A DNA stretch of 63,478 nucleotides, the filler included, from Phoronis australis (lineage: Eukaryota > Animalia > Phoronida): the NCBI GenBank assembly GCA_002633005.1. It is 4 parts of 4 records of this genome, joined end to end, with 100 filler letters (N's around TTAATTAATTAA, not from the genome) between each part and the next. Parts side by side here need not be neighbours in the genome. Positions count along the whole stretch, not along the records: positions 1 to 16,725 come from NMRA01000509.1; 3 more parts are not named here. The stretch is one strand, 5' to 3'. This document shows, one piece after another, positions 1 to 13,600 of the stretch (its first letter is position 1; each line of letters starts with the position of its first letter). The notes under the pieces are model-generated. The model did not search any database, was not told where the DNA came from, and saw nothing but the letters and a program-made list of their open reading frames with translations. The position numbers were made by a program, and so were the translations under genes.

Positions 1-1561
1 CATATTATGAAACGCTAATGTCTGGCCGTTGGTCTAGCAAAGTTCGAACAGATGAGGGTCGAACGTGAGCTCAGGCTTAGGTCCCCACTATGATCCGCCA
101 CTGGTGGTAGGCTCCGCCGTTCTTCTATGGCAGAAAGCACAGGGCTCTCTCTGGATGTGGTTTGTTTTCTGTAATTTTTGAGTTGGACAAAATAACTGCC
201 GCAGCATATAATTACATGTACCAGCCTACCTCGTGAACGGTGCCGCGCATCAGCGTAACTAATCTAAAAATAGACTTCAGTGTTGTTGATTACCCAAAAA
301 ACAATATATGAGGTTCCTATGGACTTTTGTGTTTAAACTACCCTATTGGTAAATAACAACTAAGGAACAACTCAAGACACTTTGTAGGATAAACCTTTGC
401 TTTTTATTTAAACACATGGTGACACACAGACTTGAAACTTTTTAAATTACTGGCACCACTGTTGAACATGTTTGTCTCTGAAAACCTCGGCTGTTATTTT
501 TAAAAACGATACTGTCTGCACAAAGAAGTGAGAATGCTGCATTTTTTTAGGGTGAGATGTATGATAACATTAGGCACTCCCAGCTACTGATGTCACGTGC
601 TCGCTTGACATCCATGGCGATCTCACACACTAGACCTGTTTTGTTGAACTCGCCTATGATGACTTAAGCTTACATGTGTACCTCCGTCCGTGACGAAACT
701 AAATTCAATAATTTGAAAGCCCCAGCATTATTCCTATAGTAGCAGCCATTTTAAACGCACTGCCAACTATTCATCGCAATCTGGTGACATCACCAATAAC
801 CAAAACGGTGACGTAAACGGACACCTGGCACCTAGTTTGCGGGGTCGAAACCTTTACCGAACAGCTACCTCATACGATTTTCTTGGGTCGCTTTCCAGTA
901 CCGGACTGCTAGACTCTTCGTACTTTTAAAGCATCAAGAAACTCACGCTCCCTCATTTTTCTGATTTTTACCACTATAAAATTGATCTCGGCTCTGTCCC
1001 TGACTCAAATGAGAAGTTATTTTTGGTGTTACAAAGACCTGACAGTCCCTTATAGCCCCAAATATCATGGTGCCAAATATTATATGGCATGTCATGACAA
1101 CTGAACAAACTTGTATAGCCTGCCTCCCGTTCAGTAACGATAGGACCTCGCTAAAAAGCAAGATTTCGTGAGATTACGTGAGATATTGCCCTGCATTTTA
1201 AATGAGAACAGTGACTTTGGCTAGGCTTTAGCTAGGTGCTAGCGTAGGTCCTAGCGTCTACTGAACGCACGCCTGGTCTCGAGCAAAGTGTCAGTTCTAT
1301 CTTTCCAATCTCAGAAACCAAATCTATTTTGACCAAGGGCAAATTTCAGAATTACAATTAGGATCTAAATCAATACTTGTTTTTGTAACATAATTTCAAG
1401 ATGTATCCACTTGATACAGTGACTATAAATAAGACTTTTGGAACATGACCATTGTTAAATACAGTCCAGTAACATATCATGCTATGTTAAGAGAATTTGA
1501 TGTAATTCTTCTAAAAAATACTTGGACTTCTGACTCAGCTTCTTTATTGTCTTGACACTGG

Positions 1562-1677
1562 CTAGAAGTTGACGCCGCTTAGATCGGGGCCACACTTTTC
1601 GTGGAGTTCTAGCAGAGCATTCTTCTCTAAGTAGTCTCGGTCTATTGAAGAGCCTGGGAACTTCTTTACATGGGGAT
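1562..1677 (-). CDS. GSAP: GSAP terminal coding exon (DPHVKKFPGSSIDRDYLEKNALLELHEKCGPDLSGVNF*)
   Basis: Acceptor acatctttcag, phase 1, ends in TAG; not in the ORF track. Confidence 0.8.
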
Positions 1678-4600
1678 CTGAAAGATGTGATCAAGTTAGA
1701 CCAAAAACTAAAATTGATCCTGGCCTTTACCTCGGATCTTATTGAGTCTAGCAACTCTTGTCCATACCAATTCCAACTGAACTTTTACTTAGTTGAAAAA
1801 CTGTGTAACCGAGACATGAAAGTAAGGTTTGAGACGCCATGATTTGGCAAGGAGTAAAATCAAAAAACACCATTTTTTACGCATCTTAGGGGGATTTTCT
1901 TTTTGAAGAAAGCGCAACTAAAAATGGCGTACCACAGACTCAATTATCAAAAAGACCCAAACCAGCTACATGTATGCTTTGTTTTGGCTTCATTTCATCG
2001 AAAGGTGCTTATTTTTAACATCACGACAAGACGGGCGTTTTAGAGACTCTTTTTAATCAGGCTAAAGGGGTTGCATTTTTTCAATGTCTCTTTTCATTTA
2101 ACTCGGGATCAGAGTGTTGAATTGCGGGAGTGGAATGCACAGAACACCAAACAAAGCACATGCAGCAAATTAACAGATTTGAAAAAGAAGACAAAGTTTA
2201 ATAGACTGTGAGTCTTTTTCATCGAAAACCAGCAAAATTTCTTCTCATCAAAAATCTGCATAGCTTTGCAACAAAAATTTTCATCAAGTTCTCCAAGTCA
2301 TTTTGCACCTCATTTCCTTCAGACATTTCACCATAATATTGACAAAGCTAGACAATTTTCGATGGAGTTCCATTAGTTTTTGAAGAAGGCGAACCTTCTT
2401 GCCACATGTGTCATGCAAATGACCAATCAGAGCAACTAAATAAGCACATTCAATTCCATGTACATTTTATCTTTTGTAATGTAAAAAAAACTGCAGTTCA
2501 CCTTTAGCTTCGAGCAGTTCTAGGAGGGCAGCCATTGGTGGGAAGGAACACGGTGTGTTGGTGCTCACCGTGCCAACATTGACCGAAGACATGACCGAGA
2601 TATCACCCGGCGCCATCTGTGGCAGAGCCTTTTCCTTCAGTGTGTGGCTGACCATCTTTTGGGCAAGATTGCGCGTAGCAGACGGATGTCTCCAAATTTC
2701 CAGACAGCGCCTAGCATCTTTCTGCAAAATGGAAGGAAATCGACTTTTACATCAAGTACATGTAGCCACAGTTTCTCCAGGCTCTGCTGCATGATCTATT
2801 TTTCCAAGAAACAATGAGGACATGAAAAGGGTTGACGATATGACGACCCCTAGACAGGTAGGAGACTAGTCTTTAAGACATTAACAATCAAAAATAACGT
2901 GGAACAGATCTGGAATCATGATCAGAGAGGGGCCTGACACAGATTAAAAATAGGGGAATCTTTATATTCTTCTAGTACTAGAAATGGCAAAGCAGAATAA
3001 TTTGGCCAGCCGTTCCAGTTCGCACCAGAGTACAAAGCATGACAAAATTGACATAATAAAGAGAACGTACACTGGGTAGCCTCATTATCAACTGAGATAT
3101 GATCTCCTCTGTGTTCTCCTGTGTCTGGAGGTCTGAAAGACAAAATGGCAGGAGTGACATTATCCTGTTCTAAATTAAAGTCCGTTCATTTCAAAGTTCT
3201 CAAGGTAAAGTGCCGTATTACTACAAAATTCGGAAAAAGTTCAAAGCCCAAAAACCACCACTAAATAGTCTGACACTTCTTTTTCTCAGTAAACTAATAA
3301 AAAGCACAATCTGTCAAAACCATGACACAACTTACTGTAAAGTAATATAGCCATAGAAAACAATTAGTGTCTCGGCGCAATAACCTTACATCCAACTCTA
3401 GCAAAATGCTATGTGTAACAGAAACAAAACGATAAATTAATCTACCAAATAGTTGTGGTAGAAGTCCAAGTTTGGCAGAGTCTGTCTAGTATATATTGCT
3501 CAAAGACGTCATTTATACAAACCTATCACAATCACATCAATCCATAGCGTTCGGTTATTAATTTAAATCTCAGAAGCCTGCTCTTGACCCCCCACCCCCT
3601 TTGATACTGACAGAAAAATCCTATTGTTATTAACCTCATCTTTACCTTCAATCACATGCTCCACGATTTCTCTGTTCAGAACAAGAACACCTTGATCCAG
3701 ATACTGTAGAAATAGCCTATGGTGCCAAAAACAAAGGAAAACATTAAGTTCATGTTTCTATAATATTGTCTGGGTCCGACGACATGTTAAAATTATTACC
3801 TTTGGCTCCCCCCAGCGGCTTCAAGAGCCCTGAAGATGGCAGCAGTGAGGAGACAAAACCTTCAACGCAAAAATTCAATTGGATGTGATACAAAATTTAA
3901 CGTAGTCTGTAGGAGCCTGCTTTATGTCACACCTTTGGTTTCAAAATAAATTGTAATAAGTGGGACATTGCATTCAGCGGGTTTTGACTTGGCGGTGATC
4001 ATAACAACTCTTTAAAGTTAATCATGCAAAGAAAGACAAATGGACTTGAAGTGAATTAGGTTACTTTTTAGACAGAAAACTGAAGGTACACATGCTACAT
4101 GTAATAAGAGGGTGAGAATTAATGATTTATTAACAACTTACTTCACACAATGACATACATGTAGCGTCAAATGTTTTGCAATCATCACAAAACATCTTGT
4201 TTTCTATGTATATAGCGGGTCAGAATGAAATTCACACACCTTATGGCCACTTTTGACATGCACATGTTGCACTCAATATAACTAACAATTACCTTAAGTT
4301 TGGAAATTGTTGCATGACACAATTTTTGTAACGCAACTTTGGTTTACTTTACAAAACAGATCAACTTTTATTAATTAAATTAATGAATTAATTTATTAAG
4401 TGCTTAATAGTTAGAAAATAGGTCATCATGATAATCTTTAATCATAAACCAATGTTAAATCCCCTTAATTATTATTAAGAACTATATTTTGAAGGTCTTC
4501 AAGAAGAATATTTTCAAACTAACCTGTATGGAAGACACCTGAAGGCCAGTTTGGTAAAGTGTTGAGCAAATCCTGTAATTGGCAAAATTAATTAAATTTT

Positions 4601-7600
4601 TTAAGACCCACAAAATGAATAACTTAATACTCATGAATTCACAATCTGGTACAAAAATGTTAGCAGTGTATAGCACCACAGAAAAGGAGGGTTTGAGAAG
4701 ACAATCGTTATTTCAAATTTATGAGAACTATAGCTAGCCACGTGATTGTGAGTAACATCTGACACAGGTACAGAGGTATGTTACTCGCATGATGTAGACT
4801 TCACACGTGACATAGAAGGGAGAAGCAAAATTTCAAAAAAAATATATTGATATCAAACCATTTTTTTCATGTTCTTAGTGGTCACTGTGCCGAGTTAGAC
4901 AAGACAGGAATAAATGCTATAAAGGAAATTCACCTGGTGGCAGCGGAAACGACAATTCTGTGATGGCTAACCAGAACGTCTCGAACATGTAAAACAGATC
5001 TTTATCGCGCTGGGCACCACGGGCGCTTCTAGAAAAAACAGCAAGTGCACATCACAAAGCATGAATAACAGTCTCACACTCGAGTCACAATGGTTGGGAC
5101 TAATTTCAGTGGCTTCACCACGCTTCGAAACACGCCTTTCTGGATTGCGACAGAAGAAAACAACATGTAGGACTACAGCTGCAATGAACTAGCAACAAAT
5201 TAGAAGATTGGTGGGCAGTGTAAAAGAACAGCATTTTGCCAACTGCCTAATGATAGGAAGCTTATAACGAATCAACTCGTATAACAATCTTCATGATCAA
5301 CATTATGATTTAATCACCACGAGCTCCATGCTGAGCACAGTTTGAATAGGAACACAGGGGCTTTTAACCTTCAGTTGAGGTAGTCGATAGCTGAGGGCTG
5401 GTCCAGCAAAATCTGTGTGGGAGGGGGGAAGGCAACTGAAATAAAAATTTATGAGTGGTTGCGTTTGATTTAAATTCAAAATGGCTGGTGGTCGTACCTC
5501 AAAAAAATAAAAATTTACAGGTCGTTGTTGTTTCATTGGGCCATAAATGTTTGATGGTGGGTAATTTTAGTAAATTTTATAAACAATTCGCAAAGAATCA
5601 AAAACTGAAACAAAAATGCAACTTTCAAAAAGCTCTGACTTTTTCACTCCCTCTGATCTCCTCATCGGCATGCCCATAACACCATTTGACCACAGGTGCT
5701 CGAATTTATTGATGGCTAATAACCATATATAAGAAACATATGTTTTCTTAGTAATGAATGACGTTAGTGGTGATGGAGGAACAGATAAACTCAAGTGCCT
5801 GTGCAGTCAACCACAAGAACAAAAAAAATTACGGGTGGTTGCATTTCAAACTTATAAAAATTACGGGTGGTAGGCTGAAGAAATAAATGAAAAATATGGG
5901 TGGTGGGTGCGAAAAAAAGGTGCCTTCCCCCCCTCCCATACAGATTTTACTGGAACAGCCCTGAGTTCATTTCACCGGATGTCTCTCTACTTGTCACTTG
6001 TATTACTTTGATCATGAACATCATTATCATTTGCATTGTTAGCTTCGTATTATACATCTGGCCAAAACTAATGTCGTCAACTTCCTGAAGATGACACTGG
6101 AAACGTTGGCATTACAACTAGTCTTTACTGACTTTGGAAAAACGAATAAACAGTCGAGCCCCGCTACAGCCTGTCTGGTCTTTATATAAGTGTGCACCGC
6201 TTTAAAGTGAAACTTGCACGCCAATTCCTTATCTCTGTGATTGCTTGACCAAATTAGTTAGAAACACAACATATAATGACAATGTAAATATGACGTAGGT
6301 TGAAAATTGCCGAATGTTTTTAATAATGTGTCCAGCAGGTATCGTGACGTGGTACTTAGGAATGACACTGCGTGATGCAAGCTATGTGATCCCCTATGGT
6401 ACGTCATTAGTGCAAAGGTCACCTATCAACAAAACTTTGTGTTTTCACACTTGCAAATTGTCAATGAATATAGCTCCACTTTGTTTATTGTAGATTTTGT
6501 TAAACTAGCATTGTCATTTAGTTCCTGCTATACATTAGTATAGTTAGGAGCGTGCAAATAAAACTTTAATTTAAATTCAGTTACAGGTATTTTCTTGACA
6601 AAAAATTCTGCTGGCAAACTTATATCCAGGTGAACATCATTGTTGCACGATGCACGAGAAATGGTGGAGACTACTGATTGTTCAGGGACACCACTACACA
6701 ACTTCACCCTCTTCTAATACTTACAAATTATCACAGTTATATTCCTCTGGGGATGGACCAAGCACGGACCAAATGAGATGACACAGTTGATTAGACAGGG
6801 CCATCTGAAACCATGGTGTTTTAACATAAGTGGTATTCTGCATTTGATGGTTTTCAGTCATTTGCTCGAGGTAATTTGTTTGATGTGAAGGCATTTGCTA
6901 CAATCAAGCATATCGCTAGGGGAACACCAAAAATAATCAGACAAATGACATAAATTTCCCCACCACGACCGCTGAGAGAAAGCAAAATTCACTGTCACTA
7001 AGGCTGTGCGCATACAGAATTCCCAGTCATGGTGTCTGAGATCAACTGGAATTTACCACCCCAGCATCAAACATGACTGTCATCAATCACTAAGAGTCAG
7101 GGAAATGGTATTTTTTTGCCAAATAATTACTTTTGGCGTGTACAGTAGTCTGTAATGGCAGCACTTGAAGTTTAAACAGGACGCTTGTACTTGTGTTTTT
7201 TTTCGAAAAAAGGATTGATCAACTTCATCCAAATTTGCCATGTTTTGTCTCAATTATGTCTGTATTAAGGTGAAAACAAGACAAAAAAATAATAATTTAA
7301 AACTCTCTCAGAATAAGCCAGAAATTTCTGCTCCAAACTTTGACGAAAAGACATTTCATCAACCATTTCTGAAAACAACTTGGTAACTTAAGGGGACTTT
7401 CAACCACTTTGGTTGATAGGAACTTGGGAAGCACAGCAGACAGTACACTTTGCCACGTGTATATAGGCAAACACAAATAGCAAAGCTCATAAGATGGTCT
7501 ATTTTTTAAATGGATCAAAGCCACCACTATCAAATACAGGTGAAGACTATTGAAGTCAGAAGGTCAATAACAACAGTCTTGCAGATCTCTTTTATAAGTG

Positions 7601-10600
7601 GCCTAGTATGTTTATCTCAATTGTCTTTCGGACAGCATTGCAGCACAGTAAACAGTGTCCTAGTATGTGTAGCTATGAACAAAAAAGTGACTCACCATGC
7701 ACTCTCCATACTCTGTGCATATCCCTTCAATTCTTTCCGGCACGTCCTTTCTCAAATTACCGAGCACGTGCGATTTCAGCTTCGTCTGGCACTGGAAACG
7801 TTTATCGATCAACAACACGGGAAAAACCAACAACTCTGCTAGTAGCCCTAAATAGCCCCATTCTACAGCTGATCAAAAACTTGAAAAGGGCCATAACACA
7901 ACTTTTGTACATTACGGTTCAAGGTACTGATGTCACAGCTAGACTAAAAAATTTACGTTAAAAATTCTCCAGTTTGGGACCGAGACTATTGTTTTGCTCA
8001 AGGCCGGGAATGGGGCCAAATTTTAGAAACAGGCAGTGCTCGCAGTCCCAAGAATTAAAATCAAGAAAAAAATCGTCCACGTGGATGTTACACACTATGG
8101 AGATGTATGAAAATGGTGCATTTTGGGAAATATTTTCAATGACTTAACAAAAAGTCAAGAATGGGTTATTTCTAATCTACTTGATACAAAACGCAGTCTG
8201 AATGTTGATAAAATTTAATGAGCAATCAAACCGAGCAGTCAACTTTGACTTAAATCTTGCTGTCCAAAATTTTAAGAACGTCCCAAACTGGAGAATGTTT
8301 AAAGTAGTGCAATACTATAATTCACACCAGGGATTGGAATGTGGCAAGCTTGAGAACAATGAAGTGAGAGATTCGTGAGCCAATTACAACAACGCTTACA
8401 AACAGTTCAATCTTACCACATACCATGACATAGTTTCTGTTCAAGGAATAGTCAGCAATGTGCGAGAAGAATGGTGGCTTTGCTCCCAAGATGGCATCGG
8501 TCCTGGACAGTGCACTTGATGGTGGCAAGGGAAGTGATGGCGGACTTTGGCTGGATGGAAAAAAACTTCGTACATCAGATTTATTTTATTTACAACTTTT
8601 CTGTTATCTGTATAAATACAGGTGCGTAAAACAAAGGGGGTTTAAAACTCAAAACGACCACATGACAATTTCTAGTCTAAGTATTTCCAAAGCAGTTTTT
8701 CTTTTCAACACCACTAGCTTCCCAGCCATACCCAGATATGATGTTTTTCAATGCTTTCTGGCATTAACTCCAATTATTGTACATAATATTTTTCATAATA
8801 AATATTAATAAAGCCCCACCCTTTACTCCTACTCAGCTTCGTCAGATTGGAAAGCACCGATTGACCTCTCTTCTCCTTTTGCTGGGGTGGTCGCTGCAAC
8901 AATCGATAAGCTTGATCAGGAGATTTGCGTATCTTCTCAGTTAAAAGGAATCTACATGTACTGTAGATTTGGCAACTTAACTTTCTCTCATTTCACGGCA
9001 CCAGAGCTAATCCCAGTACCCAAAACTCAACAGGAAAGTTGACAAGTTGCAAGGTATCGTTTAAAGAAATTATAAATATCATGCGTCTTGATGGGTCAAA
9101 TTTTTCTTACAAGTTGAGCCAGAGTTTTTGGAGATTAGACTCCAGGCTCTGACGATATGTTAAGAGTTCAAAATCATAGTCATCTTCCTTGACAAAGACA
9201 TACAAACATGATTTCTGAAGAATTCTTCTCTGTATTAAAGGAACACTCCTTAAAAAAATTCAGTTAATTGTGTACCCTGGTGGTCAACTCATGCACACGT
9301 TTGTGAGACTGTGAAGTGCAAGTTTCAAAATGAGTTCGGGTGCACACCAGAAGGAAACTATAACTTTACAACCGCAGTGTAAAATGAAAGGGACATCATA
9401 CGTTTTAGGGCAAAAAAGCCAATTTAATTATGGATTATTGTTGGATGGGAAAACGTCTTAAAATTATTAGCTATTAACAGTCACAAAATAACAAAAATTC
9501 TAGTTGTTGTCAGTGACACATTCGCCAAAATCAAGGTCGGTGACTTTACCACAGTGACTTAACATGCACTTAAAATAAACTCATTGCCATTTATCGAGTG
9601 GGATTTAAATCCGCCAGCAAAGCACTGGACTTTGAATGAAGGGAATGCAGGTTTGATAATAGGCTGAGGCTAAACTCTGAAAATCACATTTCTGGCCGAT
9701 AATATCCCCCTGAAATGGTGCAGTTTTTGCCCAGTTTGTACGTACGCCTTTTTCTGAAGTAACCTCCCACTGGTTGTCCTCTAGCGAGCGAATTTCCTTG
9801 AGCACGGCAGCGGGATCAAACCTGGGATAGGCATTAACCTGCAGAGACTGGATGTGTCGAAGAAGGTTGGCAAACAAGTCGTCATGGTGGCTCGCTGTTG
9901 GTTTCGACACCGATGCTGTCTGCTCGGGGTCCGTGATATTGACGCCGCCCCGAAACACCGAGTAGCCGAGAACTGCCAATCGAGACCCACGCGCATCCTC
10001 AGGAAAAAAAAATTGCATTAATAGAATTCAGTAGTATAGTACACAGAGTTTTCTTACAGCCACCCTAGGTTTATGGAGATGTGCACAACAAAACTACCTT
10101 GAAAATTGATACATTACTGACACACAGTAGATTCAATCCTGCATCCTAGTTGGACTTGTTGATTTATCCGAGCGACGATTTGTGTGTGAGCTTAAGCAAT
10201 GTAACCAGGACCGAGGGAAAGGGGAACATTTAAACAGACTAAGAAGGTAATGCGATAAAGAGGCTAGGTGAACATAACCAGAATAAAATACAAAGATTGC
10301 TCTGCAAACAGTAACTATGGAAATGACCACATTCTAACACAGGCAATTTTGGTTGACTGTAATGTATTATCAAAGATTTTCATGTGGATTTAAAAACAAT
10401 TTGTACATGTATGAAATCATAAGAATAGTGTGATATGACTTATCATTCATTAAATGGCATATTAAGAAATTCAATTCACATATTATACACTTGATATAAA
10501 TTTTCATGCAAGAATTATCATCAATTGATAACAATTTTTTACCTGTGTCAGCAATGACAAATGAGTGCTAAAAGTGCTAGAGAAAATGCCAGCAGCTTTG

Positions 10601-13600
10601 GGGCAAGTCAAATCCACAGCAAAATGCCAGCAAAAGTGTCCCTTACGACACATTTAAGACACTTTTACTGCTTGTAAAAAGCAAAACAGCTAGCATATTA
10701 GCCAGCATGTGAAGCAGGCATAAGTCGCATCCATCTAGAAGCATAAAGTGGGAGAGGTCAAGGCAATTTCATTTATTTGTAAAATAGGGAAGTAAGACAA
10801 AAATATGAACTTGGCTTAAACAGGTGGAAAATTTTAGAATTTCATTTTAGAACAATCCACCAAAATGCCTGAACATCTGATAAATTCAGCGTTATAGCTA
10901 AGAGCATTAATTACCCTCTCACAATGCCCTGAAAATCCAGTGCTGGACGTGTATGGTAGCAATTTCGCTATTCGCCGATCGAGTCGTTTTCGAGCCAAGC
11001 TGTAGGACGAACCTGAAGTGCCAAAATCCACGAAAAATTGTATAACAAAATTCTATTTGATATAATATTGCACCTCTGACTGAAAAAAGTGTACTAAGTT
11101 ACTATATCTTAAGTCAACAATTGACATGGAAACCAACAGCAAAATTGCGACGGGACTTTGAGCACAAGCTAAACGTATTCGGACATAACGGCCCAGAATT
11201 CGGTGTAATGACAGCTGGTGGAGGCAGAATTTATTGATGAATGAGAATGAGGGGAAATTACCAGGAAAGTTACTAAGGTGTCTCAGCCATTCTGTAATTA
11301 GAATTTGGCCCCCGTAAGTCGTCACGAAGGGGGAAAAAGGGAATTTTGTCTGATCACTTTTGTCTTGTACTGTACCACAGATCTAGTAGGCATTAAGTAA
11401 CTGAAACACTGGTCATGAATGAAATGAAGCTCAAATTGATTTAAGTCACCGATCTCGGTTCTGGCCGAGATTCAGAGTGTCCGCAATCTACTGTTTGTTG
11501 GTCCAAAAGAAAAAAAGAGGCCGTCTATTGCTATGCTTTTTGATACGCACCTGAATACGAGATTAATTTGAGACCAGAAAGCGCAAATTAAAGCACATTT
11601 AAAGCCAGTGTGCGAAACAGGTATCCAGAAATTTTCTATCAAACCAATAAGTGAATTTCCCACTGTCTGAATATCTTAACTGTCTAACACTTGAAGTTAA
11701 CAAGTTGAGATTTGCAGAACTTTGCCTGGCTTCGTCAAAGTAATGGGAAAGCCCAGAAGGGAAACAGACGAAAACCAGCGAAACATTTTCACTTCAAAAA
11801 TTTAATTTTTGATGAGAAGAAATTTTGACACCTTTTTGCCACAACTGCCCAGACTAAACGAAGATTAACTGCAGAGAGCCATTCGGTTCAAATTCAGCCT
11901 GACTATGGCCGAAGGCTCAGATAGAAAATGCGGTGCAAACCTAATAGGATTTCCTTGAGAAGGGGACAATTCTCTGGACTGCAGGGGTCGTTACAGATGG
12001 CTTCTACTATCTGAAAGATTAAAGCAACCATAACAGAAACAGTGGATTGAAACTTACAAGACATGCAGATCAGAAATCTGGCCTTCATGAAAATAAGTAA
12101 GCCAAAGATGCCATACAAACAACAGTACAAGCTGACAGTCAAACCGACCTACAGTTGCCCTTCATAATAGCAAGGTGGTCAGACCATTATGTAATTTCTC
12201 CACTACAACAGTAATTACCAGACATTTTTCCAGTTAATAGAACTAGCCGTCAATCACGTGGAAAAGGTCATGCAACAGAGTCTGATGATTTGCTTGTTGA
12301 AAAATTAAATCATACATACGACATACTGAAATTGTGCATGCAAATTACAAAACCAACTACATTAAAGGTCATGGGGTTTACATGAATGACTAAATTATCT
12401 TTCATTTGAATTTTTTTGAAAAGTAGACATTTTAGGTATAATGATGAGTTCAATGACTTAGGGGTGTTCGTGCCGGTTCAAATTTGAGCGCAAAAATGTC
12501 TGGTGTATTTAGTAGGGCCACATTCAAAATCACTTGTCGAGCATTACAGTGCCATAACATAAAATGTTGCTTCACGAAACATCAGGATACAAAACACAAC
12601 CTTTAATGGTCAGAAAGTAATGAGTACGCGACACAAATTTCAAAGACATCACCCACATCACATCAGATAGAATACGCCACCTTTTTCAAAAACTGTAAGT
12701 CCTTTGCATACACCGTGGCATAATGAATAACTGCCTGTCGGGTGTACAAAGTGGGCGTGTCCATGAAGAGGTCAAGCAAGGCATCATGATTGATTGACGG
12801 TTTGTAAGCCATTAGTTGAGTGGTGTCAAGAGCAAGAGGGGAGGAGCCTCTGTAGAAGGGTGTGTAGTATCGTGGTGACGAGTCGAAGAGAAATGTATTT
12901 TCTGCAAAAATAAACAATCACATAATAAGTTAGACAAGCTGAGAACAAACAGTGATCAATGTGACATGAGCAAAGCTCAAAAAAAGCTTTCTAGCCATTT
13001 AATTCATGTTGCACTTCCTTCAACTTAATATGTTTCAAAATAACAAAATAGGTTTCGGGCATTTCCTGGTCATGGTCACGGTAAGAAATAAAACCAAAAG
13101 GTGCAAAAACCATTTCTTCCATCTCTTTGCAAAGCCTATTAATTAAAAGTAAGAGCTTAGGAGATATTAACATTTTTGAGACATATGTAACACCAGTTCA
13201 ACATGTTTACAACTTGACAGCTACATGTACGTTATGTTCCACCATTCCTTCAACAGACTCACCCTGGTAGATGAGGTGATTGCAGGGTTCCAGCTCAATG
13301 CTTACATTCAACAGGTGTGAGAACACACCAGGCAGGTGGGCCAAAAGGTAGTCACCTGGGAAAAGCATTAAATAAGTATATAGCATTGTTAAACCTTGTG
13401 TAGTCAGGCACAAAGCTTTAAAGGCAAATATGAATCTAAATACTAGAATATTTCATGACATTTGGGTATACAATTAATAGACTAACAATCCCAGACACAT
13501 TCATCACACAGTACGTATTTAATGCATAGATCAACAACTCTGCAGGATACTGTTCAACACAGCTAGAGTCTGGTGTGTCGCTAGGTGGCACTTTTGAGTG

